Source of the DNA: an uncultured bacterium
GTDB taxonomy: Bacteria; Omnitrophota; Omnitrophia; Omnitrophales; Aquincolibacteriaceae
Length of the DNA: 64,000 bases
NCBI GenBank assembly: GCA_964511315.1
Contig: CAZEFF010000005.1
Location: 159-64,158 of the forward strand
Direction of reading: 5' to 3'
Below, one piece after another: positions 27,860 to 37,546 of the stretch (the first letter of the stretch is position 1; every line of letters starts with the position of its first letter). Under the pieces are notes generated by a model. It was given only the letters and a program-made list of their open reading frames with translations. It had not been told where the DNA came from and made no database searches. The position numbers and the translations under genes are program-made.

Positions 27860-28243
27860 TTATTCAGGAATGGTTGCGTCTGTATCTCCGTACTCATATT
27901 CCTTGGGATGTTCTTGCGCATAAGCCTCTTCAAAGGCGGAAAGCGCTGTTTCTTTTTCTTTATCCTCAATGCGCCAGCAGGAGTCCGTCCCTTCGTGAAT
28001 CCGGTTTAAAGTAAAGGCTCCGGCATCTAATTCGTAGGCCCGGTAAAAATAACCGCACGCTTCGCGGTAATACGGAAGACGCTTTTCGTAGGCCACCTTT
28101 TTAAACTTAAGCGAATAAGCTTTCGCGTAAGCATTTTCGGCTTTAAACATGGAGATTCTCGCCATCATAAAATTTTTTACACCGGGTGTGCATCCGCTGA
28201 GAAATAGCACGCTAAAAAGAAGATAGAAATACTTTTTTGCCAT
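27860..28243 (-). CDS. Hypothetical lipoprotein
   Basis: 127 aa; lipobox LLFSVLFLSGCTPG; Tyr/Glu-rich; 3-nt gap to the upstream flavoprotein gene. Confidence 0.55.
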   Translation of the reverse strand: MAKKYFYLLFSVLFLSGCTPGVKNFMMARISMFKAENAYAKAYSLKFKKVAYEKRLPYYREACGYFYRAYELDAGAFTLNRIHEGTDSCWRIEDKEKETALSAFEEAYAQEHPKEYEYGDTDATIPE

Positions 28244-28246
28244 AAC

Positions 28247-29479
28247 TTATCCTATTTTTTTCTTAACCGCGCAGGCCGCCGCGTATCCGCTCGCCCAAGC
28301 CCACTGAAAATTAAATCCGCCGATCCGCCCGTCAACATCCAAGATTTCACCGGCAAAGAAGAGCCCGTCCGCTTTCTTTGACTCAAGGGTTTTGGGATCG
28401 ACTTCCGCTAAATCCACTCCCCCGGCCGTGACTTCAGCTTTGGCGTAACCGAGTGACCCGCTGACAGGAAGCGGAAAATGCAGCAATGTCTGAATAACTT
28501 TTTCCCGTTCCTCCCGGCGCAAATCATTAAGAGGAATCTGCGGATCAATATTCAGTTTATATAAGAACAGACTGACAAATCGGGCCGGAAGCGCCTGGGA
28601 TAAAAACTTTCCAAGAAATTTCGACTCCTGTCCGTATTGAGCTTCTTCAATAAACAGCTCCCGCAATTCTTCGTCAGAATGCCCGGGGAAAAAGTTAACA
28701 AAAATGCGCGCGCGGGCTTTATCGGCCGCACGAATCCAATGACGGCTGATATCCAGCACCACCGGCCCGCTGAAACCAAAATGGGTAAATAGAAAAGATC
28801 CTTCATAAGACGCGGTTTCTTCCGGGGATTGAAAGATGAGCTTTACCGGAAGAGAAATTCCCGTTATTTTTTTAAAATCCCGGTCATTCGTTTCAAGCGG
28901 CGTTAAGGACGGTGATGTTTCCACCAGCGAATGGCCGAAGGAGCGCGCGATTTCATAACCGCTTCCGTCGCTTCCTGTCGCGGGAAATGACAAGCCGCCG
29001 GTTGTGAGCACCGCGGTTTTCGCGTAAAAGTTCTGCCCATTTCCGGAGATTTTAAAATAACCGTTTTCTTTTGCAATGCCCGCGACTTTTACCGGAACCT
29101 TCAAATCCACTTGAAGCTTTTCAATTTCCCGGACAAAAGATTCCAGCACTGTTTTACCTGAATGCGTACTCGGGAAATACTTTCCGCCCGCTTCTTCGAC
29201 GACTTCAATACCAATCTCATTAAAAAAAGCCACCGCTTTTACAGGAGGAAGGGCCGCGAGAATATTCCGGACCACCCGAGGGCTATTAGACTTAAAATCC
29301 TTCTCGGAAACTTGACGGTTCGTGATATTGCAGCGGGTTCCGCCTGAAATGAGAATCTTGGCTCCGAATTTCTCGCGGCCGTCCAGCAAAAGCACTTTTA
29401 ACCCGAGACGCCCGCACCAAACCGCTGCCATCAGCCCAGCCGCGCCCGCGCCAACCACCGCAACGTCATATTTAGTCAT
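28247..29479 (-). CDS. HI0933/YhiN-family FAD-dependent flavoprotein (aminoacetone-oxidase-like)
   Basis: KYDVAVVGAGAAGLMAA Rossmann motif near the N-terminus; HI0933-like length. Start uncertain (in-frame ATGs at 29536, 29503, 29491, 29479). Confidence 0.8.
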   Translation of the reverse strand: MTKYDVAVVGAGAAGLMAAVWCGRLGLKVLLLDGREKFGAKILISGGTRCNITNRQVSEKDFKSNSPRVVRNILAALPPVKAVAFFNEIGIEVVEEAGGKYFPSTHSGKTVLESFVREIEKLQVDLKVPVKVAGIAKENGYFKISGNGQNFYAKTAVLTTGGLSFPATGSDGSGYEIARSFGHSLVETSPSLTPLETNDRDFKKITGISLPVKLIFQSPEETASYEGSFLFTHFGFSGPVVLDISRHWIRAADKARARIFVNFFPGHSDEELRELFIEEAQYGQESKFLGKFLSQALPARFVSLFLYKLNIDPQIPLNDLRREEREKVIQTLLHFPLPVSGSLGYAKAEVTAGGVDLAEVDPKTLESKKADGLFFAGEILDVDGRIGGFNFQWAWASGYAAACAVKKKIG

Positions 29480-29584
29480 AGATTCAGTCATGGCGAGTAT
29501 CATATCCAAAAGATTCGCTACCCCCAAGACAAACATTTTGATACATTAGAAGCCGGCATTCATTCAACCCTAAGGAGTTCTCAA

Positions 29585-30121
29585 ATGAAAAAAATGACCC
29601 TTTCAGGCTTATCCGCTTTTCTTATTTCTTTTCTATCTCTGACCGGCTGTTCTTACGCGGCAAACACAGCCGCGACTGCGGTCATTCAGCCGACAAGTGA
29701 CGCCTCAAAAGTTCAAGGCAAAGCAGACTTGGAAACAACGGAGCAGGGCATTCACGTAGTAGCCGAGCTTTCAAATTTGACTCCTGGTTTACACGGATTT
29801 CATATTCATGAAAAAGGCGACTGCGGGGACACCGGGAAAGCCGCCGGACCTCATTTTAATCCCGACGCGGCGCCTCACGGTTACCTTGCTAAAGACGGCT
29901 TCACGCACGCGCACGCCGGAGATTTCGGAAACATTGAAGCGGATCAAGACGGAAATGCCCGCTTCGAAGGAATGATCCCCAGCCTTAACTTAATCGAAGG
30001 AGATAAATATTCGGTTTTAGGGCGCGCGTTTATTGTTCACGAAAAAGCGGATGATTTCAGCCAGCCGGCCGGAAATGCCGGAGGCCGCGTTGCTTGCGGA
30101 ATTATCGAAGCGAAGAAATAA
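29585..30121 (+). CDS. sodC: Periplasmic Cu/Zn superoxide dismutase SodC (lipoprotein signal)
   Basis: 178 aa; lipobox LTGCSYA. Metal ligands HGFHIHEKGDCG, GPHFNP, HAGDFGNIEAD, FIVHEKADD; GGRVACGII C-terminus. Confidence 0.92.
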   Translation: MKKMTLSGLSAFLISFLSLTGCSYAANTAATAVIQPTSDASKVQGKADLETTEQGIHVVAELSNLTPGLHGFHIHEKGDCGDTGKAAGPHFNPDAAPHGYLAKDGFTHAHAGDFGNIEADQDGNARFEGMIPSLNLIEGDKYSVLGRAFIVHEKADDFSQPAGNAGGRVACGIIEAKK

Positions 30122-30126
30122 AGTTT

Positions 30127-30699
30127 CTAGCTTTCAATTTTTTTCAGAAGTTTGCCGAGCAGTTCTTTAGGAAGTCCGATCACATTCGTGCGGGACCCTG
30201 TGATTTTCTGAACAATCTTAAACCCTTCCTGAATCGCGTAAGCCCCTGCTTTATCTAATGGGTTTACCTGTCCAAAATACTTTTCCATTTTTTTAGACGT
30301 CAGCTTTTTCATCCGCACTTTCGTGCAGGCAAAATCAGCCGTGATTTCCCCAGTCGCAAGGTTTTTTAAAGCAACGCCGGTGTAAACCCGGTGCTCCCTG
30401 CCGGAGAGTTTCGAAAGGGTTTTAAACGCGCCGCTTATTCCCTTCGGCTTACTGTAGATGACGCCGTCCAGCCACACAATCGTATCCGCGCCGAGCAAAA
30501 CACCTTTACGGCCGGAAACTTTGGCTTTTTTTATTTTTCCAAGCGCGTGGCGAATGACCAGTTTTTCGGGGTGCGCGGAAGAATGATTTTTTTCTTCGTA
30601 AGAGGATGGAACAATTTTGAATTTAAAACCAAGGTTTTTTAAAATATCGCGCCGGCGGGGCGATTGGGACGCGAGAAAGATGAAAGGCTTCTTGCTCAT
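30127..30699 (-). CDS. maf: Maf-like nucleoside triphosphate pyrophosphatase (septum formation protein Maf)
   Basis: 190 aa; IFLASQSPRRRDIL N-terminal motif and Maf/Ham1 fold; 4-nt overlap with the valS stop. Confidence 0.85.
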   Translation of the reverse strand: MSKKPFIFLASQSPRRRDILKNLGFKFKIVPSSYEEKNHSSAHPEKLVIRHALGKIKKAKVSGRKGVLLGADTIVWLDGVIYSKPKGISGAFKTLSKLSGREHRVYTGVALKNLATGEITADFACTKVRMKKLTSKKMEKYFGQVNPLDKAGAYAIQEGFKIVQKITGSRTNVIGLPKELLGKLLKKIES

Positions 30700-33410
30700 T
30701 GAAAAATAGCGAGGAGTTCCTGATTAGCTTTGAGAACTTTTTCGGCGTCCGCGAGCTTGTCGCGTTCTGACTGCACCACGTCCACGGGGGCGTTCTTCAC
30801 AAAATTATCATTTGAGAGTTTTGTCTTTTGAGTCTGCACGTAACGCAGAGTCTCCTGAATTTTCTTCTCGATTCTTCCCCGTTCTTTGTCAAAATCGACA
30901 ACCCCTTCGAGATAAACATAAACTTCAAAATCCGGGAAGGAATTACCGGCGACGGTTTTGCTTTTCTGAAAATCTGAGCGGATCTCAACCGTCTCTAGCC
31001 GCCCAAGCTTCATCATTTCTCTTTCAAATTCTTTCATAATACCAATGAGCTTTGAACTCTTCGAGTGAATGACCGCTTTGAGAGCCTGAGAGGGCGGAAT
31101 ATTGAGGCGCGTTCTAAGATCACGAATACCCGCCACGGCTTTCTGGACCTGGTCCAAAGCGTATTCCGCTTCAGCGTCACGGAGCTTGGCGTGGGCTTCT
31201 GGCCAAGCGGCAAGCATAATCGAGTCGGCCCAATTGGCCCCCCTGGGGGCCAATTCACGAAGTTTTTGCCAAATTTCTTCTGTCACAAATGGCATAAAAG
31301 GCTGAAGAAGCCGGAGGATTTTTTCTAAAACAAAGAATAAGACTTTCTGGGTATTTTCTTTCTGCGCGGCGTCGCTGCCGGTCATTGTCGGCTTGGCGAG
31401 TTCAATGTACCAGTCGCAAAAATCATTCCAGACAAAGTGATAAATATCGGTAGCCGCCTGAGAGAAACCAAAACTGCCGAGCTGCTCATTCATGGTTTGA
31501 ATAATAGATTGAAGACGCGACAAAATCCATCGGTTCGCGAGCGGAAGCGATTTGAAATCAAATTCCGCTTCGGCGCTGCCTTTCGTGAACCCGTCAAGAT
31601 TCATCAGCGCGAACCGCGAGGCGTTCCAGATTTTATTCGTAAAATTCCGGCCGACTTCAAATTTTTCGCGCGAAAGAAAAACGTCCTGCGCGGAAAGCAT
31701 AATCATGCTATGACGAAGCGCGTCCGCGCCCATTTCGTCAATCACTTCAAGCGGATCGATTGAATTGCCCAGAGACTTGGACATTTTCTTTCCGTCCGCG
31801 GCGCGCACGGTTCCGTGAATATAAATCCGGCTGAACGGAACTTCGCCAAGAAACTCCAGGCCGGCCATAATCATCCGCGAGACCCAAAAGAAAATAATTT
31901 CAGGCGCGGTGATTAAGTCAGAGGTCGGATAAAAATATTTGAGGTCTTCCGTTTTTTCGGGCCAGCCGAGCGTCGAGAAAGGCCAAAGCCAGGAAGAAAA
32001 CCACGTGTCGAGCACGTCAGGATCCTGCCGCAGAGAAACTTTTTTGCCGTGTTTTATTTCAGCCGCGGCAAGCGCTTCCTGCTCGGTCCGCGCGACAAAA
32101 ACTCCGCCCTGCTCGTCATACCAAACTGGGATTTGATGCCCCCACCAAATTTGGCGGGAAATGCACCAGTCGCGGATGCCTTCGAGCCAATTGGTATAAA
32201 CCTTAGTCCAGCGGTCGGGAGTAAAAACAGTTTTACCTTCACGGTGCGCCTTAAGCGCCTTGTCCGCGAGCGGTTTCATTTTCACAAACCATTGCTTCGA
32301 CAGGTACGGCTCAACCACCGTGTCGCAGCGGTAGCAATGCCCCACCGCGTGCATATGCGTGTCGCGCTTTACAAATAATCCCTGAGCTTCGAGATCGGCA
32401 ATCACTTTCTTGCGCGCGGCAAAGCGGTCCATGCCTTTGTAAGCGCCGCCGTTTTCATTAATTTTGCCGTCGGGATGCATGACATTGATTTGAGCGAGAT
32501 TGTGCCGCTTGCCCATTTCAAAATCGTTCGGGTCATGCGCGGGCGTTACTTTGACAAAACCGGTTCCAAATTCACGGTCCACAAATTCATCGCCAATAAT
32601 TGGAATTTCACGCTCGATCAATGGCAGGATCACTTTTGTTCCGATCAGATGTTTGTAGCGCTCATCTTCAGGATTCACAGCTACCGCCACGTCGCCAAGC
32701 ATGGTTTCAGGCCGCGTCGTCGCGACAACGATATGATCAACGCCAATTTGCTCAGCTTGTTTTCCTTTGCCGGCAATGGGATATTTCAAATGATAAAGTC
32801 CGCCTGAGACATCTTTATGCGCAGACTCTTCGTCTGAGAGTGCTGTCTGGCAGCGCGGGCACCAGTTAATAATATAGTTGCCTTGATAAATCAGTCCCCG
32901 CTCGTGAAGCGTGACAAAGGCTTCGCGGACCGCTTTGGAGAGTCCTTCGTCCATGGTGAAACGTTCACGGGTCCAGTCGCAGGAAGCCCCGAGACGTCTC
33001 AGCTGATTCGTAATGGTATTGCCATGATCTTCTTTCCACTTCCAGACTTCTTCGAGAAATTTTTCGCGGCCAAGGTCGTGGCGGGTCTTTTTTTCTTTGG
33101 CGAGTTTTTTTTCAACGACGTTTTGCGTGGCAATGCCCGCGTGGTCAACTCCGGGAATCCAAAGCGAGTCATTCCCTTTCATTCGGTTCCAGCGCGTGAG
33201 CACATCCTGAATCGTATTGTTCAGCGCGTGGCCCATATGAAGAATACCGGTAACATTTGGCGGCGGAATCACAACCACGTAGCGGGTGTCGCGGAATTTT
33301 TTCCCGGCCTTGTCGCTTTTAGGACGGAAGTATCCCTTGGACTCCCACTTAGGGTAGAGGCGTGTATCAATCGACTTGGGTTCGTAACGGGACGGGAGAG
33401 GCTCGGACAT
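30696..33410 (-). CDS. valS: Valine--tRNA ligase ValS
   Basis: 904 aa; class I HIGH (PPPNVTGILHMGHA) and KMSKS motifs, editing domain, C-terminal coiled coil. Confidence 0.95.
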   Translation of the reverse strand: MSEPLPSRYEPKSIDTRLYPKWESKGYFRPKSDKAGKKFRDTRYVVVIPPPNVTGILHMGHALNNTIQDVLTRWNRMKGNDSLWIPGVDHAGIATQNVVEKKLAKEKKTRHDLGREKFLEEVWKWKEDHGNTITNQLRRLGASCDWTRERFTMDEGLSKAVREAFVTLHERGLIYQGNYIINWCPRCQTALSDEESAHKDVSGGLYHLKYPIAGKGKQAEQIGVDHIVVATTRPETMLGDVAVAVNPEDERYKHLIGTKVILPLIEREIPIIGDEFVDREFGTGFVKVTPAHDPNDFEMGKRHNLAQINVMHPDGKINENGGAYKGMDRFAARKKVIADLEAQGLFVKRDTHMHAVGHCYRCDTVVEPYLSKQWFVKMKPLADKALKAHREGKTVFTPDRWTKVYTNWLEGIRDWCISRQIWWGHQIPVWYDEQGGVFVARTEQEALAAAEIKHGKKVSLRQDPDVLDTWFSSWLWPFSTLGWPEKTEDLKYFYPTSDLITAPEIIFFWVSRMIMAGLEFLGEVPFSRIYIHGTVRAADGKKMSKSLGNSIDPLEVIDEMGADALRHSMIMLSAQDVFLSREKFEVGRNFTNKIWNASRFALMNLDGFTKGSAEAEFDFKSLPLANRWILSRLQSIIQTMNEQLGSFGFSQAATDIYHFVWNDFCDWYIELAKPTMTGSDAAQKENTQKVLFFVLEKILRLLQPFMPFVTEEIWQKLRELAPRGANWADSIMLAAWPEAHAKLRDAEAEYALDQVQKAVAGIRDLRTRLNIPPSQALKAVIHSKSSKLIGIMKEFEREMMKLGRLETVEIRSDFQKSKTVAGNSFPDFEVYVYLEGVVDFDKERGRIEKKIQETLRYVQTQKTKLSNDNFVKNAPVDVVQSERDKLADAEKVLKANQELLAIFQ

Positions 33411-34970
33411 TTATCCCTTCAGCAGTTTATACGCGATCGCTTCGACGAGGGCTTTCCAGCTGGCTTCCACGATATTTTCGTTCACGCCGACCGTGGTCCA
33501 AGTTTTCTTTGTGTCCTGAAATTCAATGAAGACGCGGACTTTCGCGGCAGTGCCCGCTTCAGAATTCACCACGCGCACTTTATAGTCGGTCAAACGGATT
33601 TCGTTGACGATTGGATAAAAAGTGACAAGCGCGTCACGCAGAGCGCGGAAAAGCGCGTCCACAGGACCGTGCCCGGAAGCTTTTTTTGTTTGCGTGGATT
33701 TTTTGACCATGACTGTCACGCGCGCCTGAACTGTGGGATTCTGCTCTCCAATTTTCTCAGAAGAAACTTCCACGTCCTGCGTTTCGAAAAATTTCTTTTC
33801 GCGGCCGGTTAACCGATGCACCAAAAGTTCAAAGCTCGCTTCCGCGGCTTCAAATTGATAGCCTTCGCTTTCAAGACGCTGAATTTCGGTCAAAATCTTC
33901 CGCGTTTCGGGGGATTCTTTCTGCAGATCAAGTTCGAGTTCTTTGGCCTTCAGCATGATATTGGTTTTTCCGCCAAGCTCTGAAATTAAATAGCGGCGGT
34001 GATTCCCAATGAGCTTGGGGTCCATATGTTCATAAGTTTTCTGGTTTTTCATCATCGCGTTAATATGCACGCCGCCCTTGTGCGCGAAGGCCGAACGGCC
34101 GCTGAAAGGCTGATTGGTCATCAGCGGCATATTGCAGATTTCAGCCACGTAGTGAGAAACTGCCGTAAGTTCCTGCATTTTTTTAGGAGGCAGGCATTGA
34201 CGGTTCATTTTAAATTGAAGATTCGGGATGATGCTGACAAGGTTCGCGTTGCCGCAGCGTTCGCCGATGCCATTGATCGTCCCCTGCACAAGCACCACGC
34301 CTTCTCCGACAGCCTGCAGAGAATTAGCAACGCCCAGCTCACCGTCATTATGAACGTGAATGCCAAGCGGTGTTTTCACCGAACGCTTCACGCGCAAAAT
34401 GGCGTGGCGGATTTCATGAGGCAAACGCCCGCCGTTAGTTTCACATAGCGAAAGATTGTCGGCACCGGCTTTGGCCGCGGCCTGAAGCGTTTTGATCGCG
34501 TATTCAGGATTGGCCCGGAACCCGTCAAAAAAATGTTCCGCATCGTAAATCACTTCTTTTTTCTTGGATTTTAAATAATGCACAGAATCTTCGATCATCT
34601 GAAGATTTTCTTTTAAGGAAATTTTAAAAACATCCGTGACATGAAGATCCCAGGATTTTCCAAAAATCGTAACCACCTTAGTTTCAGCTTCGAGCAAAGC
34701 CTTGATTTGAGGATCTTCAGAAACCTTAACATGCGCGCGACGGGTGGAACCGAATGCCGCGATTTTTGACGTACGGATCCCCGCTTTTTTGATGTCCTTA
34801 AAGAAAGCCATATCCTTGGGGTTGGAGCCCGGCCAGCCGCCTTCAATGTAATGAACGCCGAACTGATCGAGACGCTTAGCGATAAGGATTTTGTCATGAA
34901 CAGACAGACTGATGCCTTCGCATTGAGTACCGTCACGTAAGGTTGTATCGTATAAGAGTACTTTTTTCAT
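33411..34970 (-). CDS. cimA: (R)-citramalate synthase CimA (LeuA-family, short regulatory-domain type)
   Basis: 519 aa; LYDTTLRDGTQCEGISLS, YIEGGWPGSNPKD (citramalate-synthase-type motif), HNDGELGVANSL; separate from the canonical leuA at 14866. Confidence 0.8.
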   Translation of the reverse strand: MKKVLLYDTTLRDGTQCEGISLSVHDKILIAKRLDQFGVHYIEGGWPGSNPKDMAFFKDIKKAGIRTSKIAAFGSTRRAHVKVSEDPQIKALLEAETKVVTIFGKSWDLHVTDVFKISLKENLQMIEDSVHYLKSKKKEVIYDAEHFFDGFRANPEYAIKTLQAAAKAGADNLSLCETNGGRLPHEIRHAILRVKRSVKTPLGIHVHNDGELGVANSLQAVGEGVVLVQGTINGIGERCGNANLVSIIPNLQFKMNRQCLPPKKMQELTAVSHYVAEICNMPLMTNQPFSGRSAFAHKGGVHINAMMKNQKTYEHMDPKLIGNHRRYLISELGGKTNIMLKAKELELDLQKESPETRKILTEIQRLESEGYQFEAAEASFELLVHRLTGREKKFFETQDVEVSSEKIGEQNPTVQARVTVMVKKSTQTKKASGHGPVDALFRALRDALVTFYPIVNEIRLTDYKVRVVNSEAGTAAKVRVFIEFQDTKKTWTTVGVNENIVEASWKALVEAIAYKLLKG

Positions 34971-35052
34971 ATTTTTAGCGCTAAGCGTAAAGAGGTAAGC
35001 GTTAAGGGATAGATTAATTCTTATTACTTAACGCTTATCGCTTACAACTGAA

Positions 35053-36318
35053 TCAAATGGCGACCTTGGATTTTTTTCCGCTAATTCGTGATTCTTTGGC
35101 GGGACCCTTGCTAAGTTCAAATTCTTCATGAACCGCCCGGAGCGCTTCCTTGCCTTTGCCGCCCTCAACCACACAGGAAATTTTGATTTCCGAAGTAGAG
35201 ATCATTTCGATATTAATCTTTTTCTTGGCAAGCGCCGCGAACATACGCGAGGCAATACCCGAGTGAGCTTTCATTCCGACACCCACAACGCTGACTTTCG
35301 CGATGTTTTCATCACATGTCACCTGTTTGGCGCCAAGTTCTGCAGCCGCCTCTTTGACCTGAGGCAAAGCGCGCGATAATTCATTTTTAAACACCGTAAA
35401 TGAAATATCAGTAGCATTCGTCTGTGTTTTATTTTGAATAATCATATCAATATTGATATTCGCCTTGGCCAGCTTCGCGAAAAGTTTGGCGGCCATTCCC
35501 GGAACGTCAGGAACTTGAAAAAGAGTAACCTTCGCTTCATCATCCGCTAGAGCCACACCGCTTACTAAAATATCTTCCATTTCTTTTGTCTCCTTTGTAA
35601 TCAAAGTACCTTTGCTTTCGTGCTGCGAATGGCGAACATAAATCGGAACTCCGTATTTTTTCCCAACTTCAACCGAACGCGAATGCATGACCTTAGCGCC
35701 AAGCGCCGCGAGCTCAAGAATTTCATCGTAGCTGATCACATCGATTTTCCGGGCGTCCGGAACCACACGCGGATCCGCGGTGTAAATGCCGTCCACATCA
35801 GTAAAAATTTCACAGTATTTCGCTTTGAGCGCGCGGGCAAGCGCTACCGCCGTTAAGTCAGACCCTCCGCGGCCGAGGGTGGTGATTTCTCCAGCCGGCG
35901 TTTGCCCCTGAAAACCCGCGACCACAACGATATTTCCATCACGCAAAGCCTTATGAATACGGTTTCCGTCAATATCAACAATCCGCGCCTTTGAGTGGAA
36001 TTGATCGGTAATAATTCCGACCTGCGGCCCTGTAAACGAAACCGCTTTTTCTCCCAATTCATGAATCGCGAGCGCGAGCAGCGCGACCGAAACTTGCTCT
36101 CCGGTTGAAAGAAGCATGTCCATTTCACGCGTGCTCGGATTTTTGGAGATTTTTTCAGCAAGCTGAATCAAATCATCGGTCGTATCCCCCAACGCGGAAA
36201 CGACCACAACTACTTGGTTGCCCTGTTTTTTTGTTTTTACGACCCGGCGCGCGACGTTTTGAATTTTCTCAACATTCGCGACCGAAGAACCGCCGAATTT
36301 TTGAACCACTAAACTCAT
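35053..36318 (-). CDS. lysC: Aspartate kinase LysC (monofunctional, two ACT domains)
   Basis: 421 aa; [15 protein letters not shown] kinase motif; C-terminal tandem ACT domains. Confidence 0.92.
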   Translation of the reverse strand: MSLVVQKFGGSSVANVEKIQNVARRVVKTKKQGNQVVVVVSALGDTTDDLIQLAEKISKNPSTREMDMLLSTGEQVSVALLALAIHELGEKAVSFTGPQVGIITDQFHSKARIVDIDGNRIHKALRDGNIVVVAGFQGQTPAGEITTLGRGGSDLTAVALARALKAKYCEIFTDVDGIYTADPRVVPDARKIDVISYDEILELAALGAKVMHSRSVEVGKKYGVPIYVRHSQHESKGTLITKETKEMEDILVSGVALADDEAKVTLFQVPDVPGMAAKLFAKLAKANINIDMIIQNKTQTNATDISFTVFKNELSRALPQVKEAAAELGAKQVTCDENIAKVSVVGVGMKAHSGIASRMFAALAKKKINIEMISTSEIKISCVVEGGKGKEALRAVHEEFELSKGPAKESRISGKKSKVAI

Positions 36319-36349
36319 TTTATAAAATCCTTTTTAAATTTCAGGGGCT

Positions 36350-37546
36350 TTATTTCGCCAGAAAGAAGGGCAAAAGATCCGCCCCCTTTCCCATTTTTAA
36401 TTCCGATGTCTTTGCGGCGACTTCTGAAAATTTTTCGATATCGTCGGGCATAATATTTTTTCCGGAAATTAGAAACGGAACCGTTTCGCGGACATGCCTG
36501 CCGGATTTCCAAGGAGCCACATGACACGGCGTTACAATTAGCCGGATTTCCTTGTGCTGTTCAACATATTCTTTGATTCGCGACATCAAAAAGTAGTCAA
36601 TCGCTTCAATCGCGGAAACTTTCGCTTTCAAATCGCCTAGGCGCGAGGCTTCATCGCAGGCTTCAAGATGAAGACAGACAAAGTCTTTTTCATTCAGCGC
36701 CTCAAAAACGGCTTTGGCGCGGCGGTCATAATCAAGCTCCGGATTATCCGGAACACTTTCCACTTCACGCACGGTCAACCCCGCGAGGCGGCCGACTCCT
36801 TTAGCGTATTCAAGATTCGCGACCAGCGCGCCGGAAACTCCGTTTCGGTCAAAAAATTTTTCGAAAACGGGTTTTCGCCCCTGGCCCCAAAGCCAAATCA
36901 TATTGGCCGGGTTCTCGCCCAAATCCACGCGCACTTGATTGATTTCATGATCCTGAAGAAGCAGCCGGGCATCAAACATCAGTTTTTTCAGCAATTCTTC
37001 GCCGGGGCCTTTCGGGAAATTAGATTCCAATTTTTCTCCAACAACAAATTCAGGATTCACCGTGCGGGCTGACAGCGCTTCAAACCCGTGTGAGTCCTTT
37101 AAGACAGCGATATGTTTGTAAAATGTCCCTGGGAAAAATCGGACAAAATCACTCGCGACTTTTTTGTTCAAAAAATTGATGAGCGCCTTAGCTTCTTTCG
37201 TCGTCAAATTTCCGCCGGTTTCATCGGCGAGCAGTCCTTCCGCTTCGGTAATAAAATTCATGCGGAATGCGATCTCATTGTCTTCGAGCTTCAATTCAAG
37301 GTTCGCCGCTTCCAAAGGACCAAGACCGGTGTAAACCTTGTCCGCGTCGTAACCGAGAGCGCTTAAAAATGTCACATCCGAAGAAGGCTCAAAGCGGTCA
37401 GAATAAAGCTTCGCCTGCCCCACCTTGCCATTTTTAGCAAAGCTGTTCAGATTTGGAATTTTGGCAACTTCAAGCGGTGTCTTTTCTCCTAGTTCTTCAC
37501 AAGGCTGATCCGCGGCGCCGGACATTGTTATCAATAAATATTTCAT
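36350..37546 (-). CDS. Cofactor-independent phosphoglycerate mutase family (archaeal ApgM-type) protein in the thrB position; proposed non-orthologous homoserine kinase
   Basis: 398 aa; ApgM-like N-terminus (GKTPLEVAKIPNLNSFAKNGKVG ... SSDVTFLSALGYD ... YTGLGPLEAANLE). Lies between lysC and thrC, which it overlaps. No GHMP-type thrB in the cluster. Confidence 0.75.
   Translation of the reverse strand: MKYLLITMSGAADQPCEELGEKTPLEVAKIPNLNSFAKNGKVGQAKLYSDRFEPSSDVTFLSALGYDADKVYTGLGPLEAANLELKLEDNEIAFRMNFITEAEGLLADETGGNLTTKEAKALINFLNKKVASDFVRFFPGTFYKHIAVLKDSHGFEALSARTVNPEFVVGEKLESNFPKGPGEELLKKLMFDARLLLQDHEINQVRVDLGENPANMIWLWGQGRKPVFEKFFDRNGVSGALVANLEYAKGVGRLAGLTVREVESVPDNPELDYDRRAKAVFEALNEKDFVCLHLEACDEASRLGDLKAKVSAIEAIDYFLMSRIKEYVEQHKEIRLIVTPCHVAPWKSGRHVRETVPFLISGKNIMPDDIEKFSEVAAKTSELKMGKGADLLPFFLAK

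Noticed and set aside
32883-33812. 309-aa plus-strand ORF spanning the valS 5' end and cimA 3' end
   Set aside because: It lies entirely antisense to two strongly conserved genes (ValS HIGH region; CimA C-terminus). It has no recognisable motifs or RBS. It is a typical antisense open frame created by codon bias.
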